This document shows positions 6,143 through 13,690 of a stretch of DNA of 61,464 nt, piece after piece. The first letter of the stretch is position 1, and each line of letters begins with the position of its first letter. This DNA comes from a virus: positions 1 through 61,464 of the IMG/VR virus record IMGVR_UViG_3300031673_000040; one strand, written 5' to 3'. The notes under the pieces were generated by a model. It did no database searches and was not told where the DNA came from. It saw only the letters and a program-made list of their open reading frames with translations. The position numbers were made by a program, and so were the translations under genes.

Positions 6143-6319
6143 GGTAACTGTACCTTGTAGCTGAGGTGCCGCCGCCCAGTGGTCTGATACGCGAAGGCTC
6201 GTCGCGTAAACAATGACCTAATCATGGCCGCCGTTGAATTCGGCATATTTACAACCCACGTTGGCAATATCAGGCTGCAATCGTGCAGTCTGCAAAATAA
6301 ATGAAAGTGAGAAATTACC

Positions 6320-6667
6320 ATGAAAAAGACTACCAAAACCGCAGCCCAAGCCGTAACCGTCGCGTTGCCTGTGTCGCCAGAAATGAAGAGCTTAGTCGAG
6401 CAGATTGGCGGCGCTGTTAGCGTACCTGTACCGGCCCACAAGAAATCGGCCAAACAGTTTATTCGCGAGACGTTGTCAGTTGAAGGCGCGAAGTTAACGG
6501 TTGAAGAAATGTGCAAACAGTCAGGCTGTACCCCGGTGAATATTCGTACAATGCTGTCCGACCTGCGTTCGCCAAAGTATGCAGGCAAAGCCGGCGTCTT
6601 TATCACTAAGTCAGTTCGCGACGGTGATAAGACCTACTACATGAAAGCGACACCAGCTGCACAGTAG
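6320..6667 (+). CDS. Small wHTH-like protein, paralogue A of the DLRSPKY family (DUF3489-like architecture)
   Basis: C-terminal domain FIRETL...LTVEEMCKQSG..VNIRTMLSDLRSPKYAGKAG...YYM. It shares this domain with ORFs 57587-58096 and 50350-51039. SD gtgaga upstream. Followed by a strong terminator. Confidence 0.75.
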   Translation: MKKTTKTAAQAVTVALPVSPEMKSLVEQIGGAVSVPVPAHKKSAKQFIRETLSVEGAKLTVEEMCKQSGCTPVNIRTMLSDLRSPKYAGKAGVFITKSVRDGDKTYYMKATPAAQ

Positions 6668-6683
6668 TAAGAACCACGTATCA

Positions 6684-6712
6684 AAAAGCGCACCAATTCG
6701 GTGCGCTTTTTT
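6684..6712 (+). terminator. Rho-independent terminator
   Basis: aaaagcgcacc aattc ggtgcgctttttt: GC-rich stem followed by a T6 run. Confidence 0.85.
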
Positions 6713-7011
6713 ACGACTGCGCATTTTACATAATATAGTATATGCGTTTAAGCAAATAACTATATGCTAATATACGAGTGATAGTGAGTACTCACTGGCA
6801 CACAGCGCACCATTATGGTGCAGACAGGACGGCGGGCCCGTCTCCCCTAGATGACGGCAGAACCCAAGTTTGGTTCCTTATGCAATCTTATGCAAGCAGA
6901 CGCCGCCAACCGGCGCAACCCATTCCCCACTCCAAATTCCACACACGCCACGCCACCTCGCCAACCGTCAATCCAGGACTGCCATTCGGCGAACTCCCAC
7001 AGAACTTTTCC

Positions 7012-7040
7012 CAACACAAAACCTGTCCATGTGTTATAAT
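7012..7040 (+). promoter_or_regulatory. Extended -10 promoter candidate (TGtTATAAT) upstream of terS
   Basis: catgtgttataatggg has TG one nt upstream of a perfect TATAAT. The -35 is poor. Confidence 0.5.
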
Positions 7041-7082
7041 GGGTTTCAGACTGCAAATTCCACGAACGACGAAGAAAATTTT

Positions 7083-7634
7083 ATGGCCCTGCGTTTAAAC
7101 CTGACGAGTGACGAACTTCAAGAACTCTCATCAAAGGAAGAGATCTACCACGCCCGCGAACACTGGAGAGAGCCAACAACACCTACCATAAGAAAAGTCC
7201 TTGATAAGTATCCGGGCTTCCAGCCTAACAACCTGCAAGCGACGCAAGTAGCACAACTCGTTGGCCTTGGCCTGACTGCAAAAGACATCTCAGCATCCTT
7301 ACTGATAGACCCTGTGCTCTTGAAGTTCTACTATAAGCGCGAACTCGAAGTAGGTTCAGCGCAAGTCAATGCAAAGGTCGCCCACGTCGCCCTAAAGATG
7401 GCACTAACTGGAGAAAGCCCGACCATGACGCAATTCTGGCTCAGTAGACGCGCCGGTTGGAAGGAAACGACTGTCACGGAATCAACTGTTGAAGTCCGCG
7501 ATGTCAGTGAAGCACGTAACAAACTTCTTGGCCCAAAGCCGAAACCGGCAATCGAGGGCGAGTACACAGAGGTTGTACTGGATAAAAAAGTCGAACCTTC
7601 GATCGCCGCACCGTCAACGGACACTCGCCAATGA
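7083..7634 (+). CDS. terS: Terminase small subunit candidate (183 aa; internal start MALRLNLT)
   Basis: HTH-like segment LGLTAKDISASLLID and the C-terminal FWLSRRAGWKE motif, which is common in small terminases. Its position upstream of terL fits. The 71-codon N-terminal extension in the ORF track is Pro/Thr/His-rich and implausible. Confidence 0.55.
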   Translation: MALRLNLTSDELQELSSKEEIYHAREHWREPTTPTIRKVLDKYPGFQPNNLQATQVAQLVGLGLTAKDISASLLIDPVLLKFYYKRELEVGSAQVNAKVAHVALKMALTGESPTMTQFWLSRRAGWKETTVTESTVEVRDVSEARNKLLGPKPKPAIEGEYTEVVLDKKVEPSIAAPSTDTRQ

Positions 7635-7903
7635 TAGATCTCGGAGACAACCACTTCGCAACAATCGTGGTGTTCAAAGACGATACACATGCTGCTATTG
7701 AAGTTGCACACAAGACTCCGTCGGGTGCTGACTGTCTCGAGTTCATCGCTATTACAGACTCCGCTTGGTCAAAAGAATTCAAGCCCGGAACGATCACAAC
7801 TTGGGAGCTGTTGTCCAAGGACCCACTGACACTCAGCCCGAGCCTCCTCTGCGGATGCGGGGATCACGGATTCATCCAAAACGGAAAGTGGGTAAAGGCA
7901 TGA
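7631..7903 (+). CDS. DUF6527-like protein, paralogue 1 (90 aa)
   Basis: C-terminal LTLSPSLLCGCGDHGFIQNGKW. ATGA overlap with terS. Confidence 0.55.
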   Translation: MIDLGDNHFATIVVFKDDTHAAIEVAHKTPSGADCLEFIAITDSAWSKEFKPGTITTWELLSKDPLTLSPSLLCGCGDHGFIQNGKWVKA

Positions 7904-8244
7904 GACTCACAGACTTAGAGCCGCGCTGGTTTAGCGTTGGTGGCACAACTGGAATCGCTGGAATTTCGTTTGTATGCCCACACTGCAAAGCATTAGGGAT
8001 GGTAAATCCGGCTCGTCTAGGCGTGCGGATTGACCATGCAACTCCACATATTATTAGTGTTAGTTATGACCACGACATAACCCATGTACCCAAGTCTGAA
8101 CAGGTTTGGCAGATAACTGGTGATGCGCCGACTTTCGATGGGGAGATTCACGGCGGCTTCGATAGCATCTCGCTTACGCCCTCTGTTGACTCCAGTAAAT
8201 CGGGGCACTGGCATGGGTTCGTCAAGAATGGAGAAATAAAGTGA
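7900..8244 (+). CDS. DUF6527-like protein, paralogue 2 (114 aa; start MRLTDLEPRW)
   Basis: FVCPHCK near the N-terminus and C-terminal SLTPSVDSSKSGHWHGFVKNGEI. ATGA overlap with the upstream gene. Confidence 0.55.
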   Translation: MRLTDLEPRWFSVGGTTGIAGISFVCPHCKALGMVNPARLGVRIDHATPHIISVSYDHDITHVPKSEQVWQITGDAPTFDGEIHGGFDSISLTPSVDSSKSGHWHGFVKNGEIK

Positions 8245-8657
8245 CCTGGCCCTGCCGCCTTATTGAGTGGACTGGCGAAACAAAGAAAGCTGACCTGCGG
8301 GTTGGCGATATGTTCTTCGCTCCGCACTATGCGGACGATGTCGGTTACTGGCCCTTTATCTACTCGCGCGAGAAACTCCTCTCAGACTACTACAAGACAT
8401 GGAATAGCGAGCGACGTCCTATACTTATGTGGATGCCCGGGCAGTTTGTTCTGTGTTTGGATGCAATGTGGGGAAGCCCCAAAGGTCTATACGGCGGACA
8501 CATTGTGACAGGTGACGCCCCAAAGATCACTCTTAATGAAGAAATCATATTCGCGGACGTCTACCGCGGCACCCTTGTTGATGGAGTCTTATCGGAAGAT
8601 CTAAATGGTAGAAAATACAGAGACAACGGCGAGTGCGCTACAACCACAAGTTCCTAA
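8241..8657 (+). CDS. Hypothetical protein, possibly a third divergent paralogue (138 aa)
   Basis: GDAPKITLNEEI...YRGTLVDGVL resembles the C-terminal pattern of the two preceding ORFs. Confidence 0.5.
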   Translation: MTWPCRLIEWTGETKKADLRVGDMFFAPHYADDVGYWPFIYSREKLLSDYYKTWNSERRPILMWMPGQFVLCLDAMWGSPKGLYGGHIVTGDAPKITLNEEIIFADVYRGTLVDGVLSEDLNGRKYRDNGECATTTSS

Positions 8658-9981
8658 AGATGATCCAAGCCAGTATAGCGATGCTGAAATCTTTGCTCTG
8701 CTCCCTTATGTCGAGCGCGAAACGAGGATCGCAGGGCTTACAGACGAAGAATGCGCTGACATTCTCTACGATTGGTCGTGGCACTCAAGACCAAACCAGC
8801 GACCGCCAGCAGAATTTGTCGCCGGGCAGAAAACAACCTGGCTTGTCGTCGCAGGACGGGGATTTGGTAAGACGCGTTGCGGAGCTGAATGGGTACGAAG
8901 TAGAATAAAGACGTCCGAATTCGTCAATATCATTGGTGCAACAGCTTCTGACGCCCGTGATATTCAGATTGAAGGCGAATCGGGCATACTTAGGATTTGC
9001 CCGCCAGACGAAAGGCCGGTTTACGTCGCCTCAAAAAGGCAGCTACAATGGCCGAACGGTGCGATAAGCCTTGTTTTCACCGCCGACGAGCCGGAACGCT
9101 TGCGCGGAAAGCAGCACGGAGGCATCTGGGCTGACGAATTGGGTGCTTGGCGGTACGAAGAGGCCTGGGATCAGGCGCAACTTGGCTTGCGGTTAGGTCA
9201 GAACCCACAAGCAGTCGTAACAACAACGCCAAGACCGACGAAATTGGTCAAGAATTTGATGAAAGATGACTCCACTATCATTACGAGAGGGTCAACTTAC
9301 CACAACAGAAGCAACCTGGCGAAGTCATTCTTCTCCCAGATCATTAAAAAGTACGAAGGAACACGTTTAGGCCGGCAAGAACTCATGGCGGAGCTGTTAC
9401 TGGACAACCCAGGCGCTCTGTGGCATCAAGACATGATAGATTCTTTGCGCGTTAGCCAGTATCCAAGCCTTGTTCGCATTGTAACAGCGTTGGATCCGTC
9501 GGTTGATGATGAAGGGGACAAGGATGAGGCCGGCATTGTTGTTGCGGGGATAGACGGAAACGGGCATTGTTACGTTCTGGACGATTTGAGCCTTCACGCA
9601 TCACCGGATAAGTGGGCGAGAGTAGCGATTAACCAAGGGCACCACAAGCATCTTGGAGACAGACTGGTGGCAGAGGTCAACAACGGCGGAGCTCTTGTAG
9701 AAAGCGTACTTAGAACCGTCGACGCAAGCCTACCTTATACTGATGTACGCGCAAGCCGCGGAAAAAGAACACGCGCAGAGCCTATTTCGGCTCTGTATGA
9801 ACAAGGTAGAGTGCATCACGTAGGCTTCTTTCCGATTCTAGAAGACGAACTGTGCAACTGGGATCCGCTTATAGACGTAAAATCACCAAACAGACTAGAT
9901 GCTCTGGTCTGGGCAATAACAGCACTAACAGACCCGAACTTTGACTCGGGCTTAACCTTTGGATCGATAGGAAGAAAATGA
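8605..9981 (+). CDS. terL: Terminase large subunit
   Basis: Walker A VVAGRGFGKTRCG and Walker B-like IWADELGAW. Nuclease-domain acidic motifs ALDPSVDD and AEVNNGG. Confidence 0.9.
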   Translation: MVENTETTASALQPQVPKDDPSQYSDAEIFALLPYVERETRIAGLTDEECADILYDWSWHSRPNQRPPAEFVAGQKTTWLVVAGRGFGKTRCGAEWVRSRIKTSEFVNIIGATASDARDIQIEGESGILRICPPDERPVYVASKRQLQWPNGAISLVFTADEPERLRGKQHGGIWADELGAWRYEEAWDQAQLGLRLGQNPQAVVTTTPRPTKLVKNLMKDDSTIITRGSTYHNRSNLAKSFFSQIIKKYEGTRLGRQELMAELLLDNPGALWHQDMIDSLRVSQYPSLVRIVTALDPSVDDEGDKDEAGIVVAGIDGNGHCYVLDDLSLHASPDKWARVAINQGHHKHLGDRLVAEVNNGGALVESVLRTVDASLPYTDVRASRGKRTRAEPISALYEQGRVHHVGFFPILEDELCNWDPLIDVKSPNRLDALVWAITALTDPNFDSGLTFGSIGRK

Positions 9982-11324
9982 AAAAGCCCACCCTGTTGCA
10001 GCGTTTCGGCCTCTATCTTGCGAAAAACAATCACGCATCACGCGAATCAGAGATTTACCCGCGCCTTTTCAACATCTTCAGTAAAGGGCGTGCTCTTCCC
10101 AAGCAAGCGCCTATAAAACTGCGAACGCTTACACGAACACCGTACGCCAGACGCGCAATCAACGCAATTAAGGATCCTATCAAGCAGATGCAGTGGGACA
10201 TACGCCCGAAAAAGGGCGTAAAGATGAACAGCGAACTACAAAGGCAGATTGCTGCGGCGACCGCTGTATTCGAAGCTCCAAACAACGACGATGACTTTAT
10301 GACGTTCGCTGAACAGGTGCTGGAAGACTACCTTGGAGTGAGCGCAGGCGTTTACGAACAGCGCTTGACTGGCGATCCACTCCGCCCGATGAACTTGTAC
10401 GCTGTGGACGGGCAGTCAATTCAGATAATTCCCTCGTGGTCAGGTAACATTAAGGAAGACCACTACCAACAAGTGAACGCACTCGCAATCGGCGCAGGAG
10501 ATACAGGCGTTCGCTTTGCTGACGAAAACATGGTGTACTTCCGACCCAACCCAACATCAGAAAGTCCTTACGGCTACGGACCACTTGAGATAACAGCGAG
10601 GAGCATCTCGCGACAACTTGGCGTAGGCGCTTTCGCGGGTGACGCAGCATCCAACGCATCTCCACCGAACATGCTGTACATGGGCGCAGCAGACAACGCA
10701 GCAATTCAGCGCTTTCGCGACTACTGGCGCGACGAGATTGAAGGTCAAGGCATGACGCCCATTGTTGGTGGAGCGGAAACACCTTCCGCTATCAAATTGC
10801 ATTCCGGGGATGACAAAGCACTGTACCTTGAATGGCAAGGGTTCTTGATACACGAAATCGCAACAGGCTTCAACCTGTCCGTTCTCAACTTCAACCCGAT
10901 GCTTAATTTCAGCGGAGACATTGCAGACATTGCGCAGAAGCAAGACTGGCAACATGCTATCCGGCCGTGCGCAAAATCCTTGCAGTCATATTTCACCCGC
11001 CATACTATAAATAAAGGAATGGGATTCTACAGTCTCGAATTCAAATTCGACGGTCTTGATAGAGAGGACGAAAAAGAACTCGCTGAGATCTACAAGATCT
11101 ACTACCAGAACAACCTGACTACGCCGAATGACTTCCGCGTTAACAAACTCGGCATAGAACCTTCCGACAATGACTGGGCAGACAAGACTTATGGCGACAT
11201 GCAAATTGCCATCGGCAATGCACGACGCGGATCTGACGCAGGTAGTGCTGACCTTCTGGACAATCCAGCAGATGTAAAAAAGAAAGAAGCAGCACCGAAT
11301 CGTACCTACCCGAGTAGGGGCTAG
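9978..11324 (+). CDS. Portal protein
   Basis: A 448-aa ORF immediately after terL with an ATGA overlap. Size and composition are typical of portals. Confidence 0.8.
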   Translation: MKKPTLLQRFGLYLAKNNHASRESEIYPRLFNIFSKGRALPKQAPIKLRTLTRTPYARRAINAIKDPIKQMQWDIRPKKGVKMNSELQRQIAAATAVFEAPNNDDDFMTFAEQVLEDYLGVSAGVYEQRLTGDPLRPMNLYAVDGQSIQIIPSWSGNIKEDHYQQVNALAIGAGDTGVRFADENMVYFRPNPTSESPYGYGPLEITARSISRQLGVGAFAGDAASNASPPNMLYMGAADNAAIQRFRDYWRDEIEGQGMTPIVGGAETPSAIKLHSGDDKALYLEWQGFLIHEIATGFNLSVLNFNPMLNFSGDIADIAQKQDWQHAIRPCAKSLQSYFTRHTINKGMGFYSLEFKFDGLDREDEKELAEIYKIYYQNNLTTPNDFRVNKLGIEPSDNDWADKTYGDMQIAIGNARRGSDAGSADLLDNPADVKKKEAAPNRTYPSRG

Positions 11325-11375
11325 AATCAAGGACCCACCAGCCATAACCCAGTCTTAATATCTCAATAAAAGGAC

Positions 11376-11403
11376 TTGCAATTCCTCATATAAAGTGTAC
11401 AAT
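11376..11403 (+). promoter_or_regulatory. Sigma70-like promoter TTGCAA-16-TACAAT
   Basis: Read directly: ttgcaa ttcctcatataaagtg tacaat, in the 147-bp gap after the portal gene. Confidence 0.5.
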
Positions 11404-11471
11404 TAGAACTGCAGAGCAACGCGCAAAATACACATCGTACCCAGTAGGGTTAATCAAACAGGAGTAACGTT

Positions 11472-11702
11472 ATGACCACAGCATCGGTTCTTCAAGCAGT
11501 GGCTCTGACTACTGCAGAAATCGCAGCAGCAGCAGTCGCAGATGCAGCCGCAGGCAAAGTAGGCCCAGACGCAGTAGGCTTACTGGAGTCCGCAAAGCAA
11601 GACATCGACGCAGCAAATCGCAAAATGAATATCGTTGCAGGGCTGATCGGCGCCGGCGCGAATAAAACTGCGATCCAAGCGATGGTAACCGCAATGACCT
11701 AA
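11472..11702 (+). CDS. Hypothetical Ala-rich protein (76 aa)
   Basis: SD caggag upstream. Lies between promoter 11376 and terminator 12077. Confidence 0.55.
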   Translation: MTTASVLQAVALTTAEIAAAAVADAAAGKVGPDAVGLLESAKQDIDAANRKMNIVAGLIGAGANKTAIQAMVTAMT

Positions 11703-11769
11703 GTTTCAAATCCGGGCGCCAGTACGGGCCCTCCTCTTTCCGTAGTTCTTTAACAAGGAGTACACTCGC

Positions 11770-12075
11770 ATGAACAACTTTCACACAGTCGGCGTTCTCG
11801 ATGGATCAAACATATCGAACGACGACCGCGTCACACTCGGCATCCAAAAAGCAGTGGCAAATGTTATCGGCGGAGGTGCAGGCCTCTCAGTTACAACCAC
11901 TGTGACTTTCTCGAAGGAGCTGCCAGCAAACTACGCTGTCGCAGTGACGCCGAATCAAGACGCAACAGCTTACGTCACAAATCGCACTTCGACGGGTTTC
12001 GACGTTGTGCTTTCACCGCGTCTCGCAGCAAACACCCTCGCAGCCGGGGCATTCGACGTATTGGTGGTCGCGTAA
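11770..12075 (+). CDS. Hypothetical virion-associated protein (101 aa)
   Basis: SD aaggag upstream. Beta-rich composition. Followed by a terminator. Confidence 0.55.
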   Translation: MNNFHTVGVLDGSNISNDDRVTLGIQKAVANVIGGGAGLSVTTTVTFSKELPANYAVAVTPNQDATAYVTNRTSTGFDVVLSPRLAANTLAAGAFDVLVVA

Positions 12076-12076
12076 T

Positions 12077-12103
12077 CTAAACGGTCGAAGGCCGACCGTT
12101 TAG
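12077..12103 (+). terminator. Stem-loop terminator candidate
   Basis: ctaaacggtcg aaggc cgaccgtttag: perfect 11-bp stem, followed by ttacgttt. Confidence 0.6.
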
Positions 12104-12123
12104 TTACGTTTAAAGGAGAAAGC

Positions 12124-12408
12124 ATGGACTGGCATCACATCGTACCCTTCGCAGCCCTATTTTCAGAAGAAGTAGCGCCAGCAAATAGGCCGATGCTTAC
12201 GCGTCTTACAGAGCAAGCTCTTGTGGGAGTTTTCGCAGCAGGCGTTACCCTCTACGCGGACAACTTGGTGACACAAGACAAGATTGCTAACTTAACAGAA
12301 CAAGTATCAGAAGTAAAGACAGTCGTCGTGCAGATGCAACGGGATCTTTACATACCCAGGTCTGACGAATCAAACCCGTACAGAGCTCTCCCGTATAAGG
12401 GAAGATAG
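12124..12408 (+). CDS. Hypothetical protein with one hydrophobic helix (94 aa); possible holin/antiholin partner
   Basis: SD aaggag upstream. Hydrophobic segment ALVGVFAAGVTLYA. First gene of the lysis block. Confidence 0.5.
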   Translation: MDWHHIVPFAALFSEEVAPANRPMLTRLTEQALVGVFAAGVTLYADNLVTQDKIANLTEQVSEVKTVVVQMQRDLYIPRSDESNPYRALPYKGR

Positions 12409-12914
12409 TGCTATCTTACGCAACAGACGATATTCGCTTTCGCGCAGCGCTACGTAGAAAGGTTAGAAGCATGAATGTTCTCGAATACACGAAACGCGGA
12501 GCAGACGGCATCTTCGGTGACTTTACATTCGACGGAGAGTCTACTCCATTCATGAAGACGCTAACCCACGCGTATCTTCAAGAAGACGGAAATTACATCC
12601 CTATTGTAAAACCAGGAATCTACACCTGCCAGCGCGGGCAGCACTATCTAGACAATCCACGCGATCCAAGCAATCCAATTCCAATCGTAACATTTGAGAT
12701 CCTAAACGTTCCGGGGCATAGTGGTATTCTTATGCCTCATTGGGGAAACTTCAACAGAGATTCTGCAGGTTGCACTCTTTGCGGCAAGGAAATCATTACC
12801 TACGACCAACTCGGCGATGAGATGCTTACTCAGTCGAAAGTTACTTTCGGACTCTTCATGGCCCGTATGGAAGGTATAGACTCTTTCCCATTGCAGGTTG
12901 TAGACAACTCATAA
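12408..12914 (+). CDS. DUF5675/YkuD-like putative peptidoglycan-acting enzyme (endolysin candidate)
   Basis: IPIVKPGIYTC...VPGHSGILMPHWGNFNRDSAGCTLCG carries the H-x-G-N...G-C signature of L,D-transpeptidase-fold proteins. GTG start; an alternative ATG lies at 12471. Confidence 0.55.
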   Translation: MLSYATDDIRFRAALRRKVRSMNVLEYTKRGADGIFGDFTFDGESTPFMKTLTHAYLQEDGNYIPIVKPGIYTCQRGQHYLDNPRDPSNPIPIVTFEILNVPGHSGILMPHWGNFNRDSAGCTLCGKEIITYDQLGDEMLTQSKVTFGLFMARMEGIDSFPLQVVDNS

Positions 12915-13138
12915 TGGAAACAGGCTTCTCTTGGGTTAAAAAGGGCTTCACTGCAGAAGATGGTGGTATGGACGACGCGCGTGTCGCAGCAATGCTTATC
13001 GTACTCGCATTCGTAGGGGTTTCAATCGGAATGCTCATTGTATCGCCTGCAACATTTACGTTGCGCGATTTCGGTGTAGGTGCCGCTGGAACAGCGACCG
13101 GAATCGGCGCGTGGTTTAAACTTCGTGGGAGCAATTGA
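12914..13138 (+). CDS. Holin candidate (74 aa, two TMDs)
   Basis: Hydrophobic segments VAAMLIVLAFVGVSIGMLIV and FGVGAAGTATGIGAWF with a charged C-terminus. TAATG overlap upstream. Confidence 0.6.
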   Translation: METGFSWVKKGFTAEDGGMDDARVAAMLIVLAFVGVSIGMLIVSPATFTLRDFGVGAAGTATGIGAWFKLRGSN

Positions 13139-13629
13139 TGCCTACTTTTTTGACGCCGTACCTGTTAGGTATAAAGATTGCAATTGCGCTTCTTCTTGCC
13201 GCCGGCATTGTAGGCGGAACACTTTACGCGTCGTCAACCTACTACAATAAGAAAGCAGACGACAAGCAGCTTCTGCTAGATAAGATAGCGCAAACCCAGC
13301 TCTTGCACAACCTTCAAGTGCAAGCGACTTTCGCAGCAAAATTAACAGCAGCAGGAGAACAACATGCTCAAGATCTTGGTAATGTCGATATTCTTGGTAA
13401 TGCCCTTGTTGGGCTGCAAATCCATCCCCCAATATGTCCCCGTACAACAAGAAGCCGCACCGCAGGTAGCACCCGTGAAGACAATGCCTACAGGCTGGCC
13501 CTTGCCAGAGATGACAAAGCTTTGGCAGAATTTAAGCTTGGGATGGACGCAATCGGAAAGCGCTGCGCAACCCTCAACATCGACGCAATCCAGCACAATA
13601 AAGTCTGCGAAGCCGCAATAGCGCGTTAA
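13138..13629 (+). CDS. i-spanin (Rz-like)
   Basis: N-terminal TMD LLGIKIAIALLLAAGIVGGTLYA followed by a coiled-coil periplasmic domain. Contains the embedded lipoprotein ORF. Confidence 0.7.
   Translation: MPTFLTPYLLGIKIAIALLLAAGIVGGTLYASSTYYNKKADDKQLLLDKIAQTQLLHNLQVQATFAAKLTAAGEQHAQDLGNVDILGNALVGLQIHPPICPRTTRSRTAGSTREDNAYRLALARDDKALAEFKLGMDAIGKRCATLNIDAIQHNKVCEAAIAR
13364..13621 (+). CDS. o-spanin (Rz1-like), fully embedded in the +1 frame of the i-spanin gene
   Basis: Lipoprotein signal MLKILVMSIFLVMPLLGC (lipobox LLGC), followed by a Pro-rich mature part. Confidence 0.7.
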   Translation: MLKILVMSIFLVMPLLGCKSIPQYVPVQQEAAPQVAPVKTMPTGWPLPEMTKLWQNLSLGWTQSESAAQPSTSTQSSTIKSAKPQ

Positions 13630-13690
13630 GTCTATATCCTTTAAATAAATCCTTGACGTCGCTAAAACATACCGTATAATAAGGACTATC

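Noticed and set aside
6870-7082. A 71-codon N-terminal extension of the terS ORF
   Set aside because: It is Pro/Thr/His/Arg-rich and overlaps a promoter-like extended -10. The internal ATG at 7083 gives a normal small terminase length.
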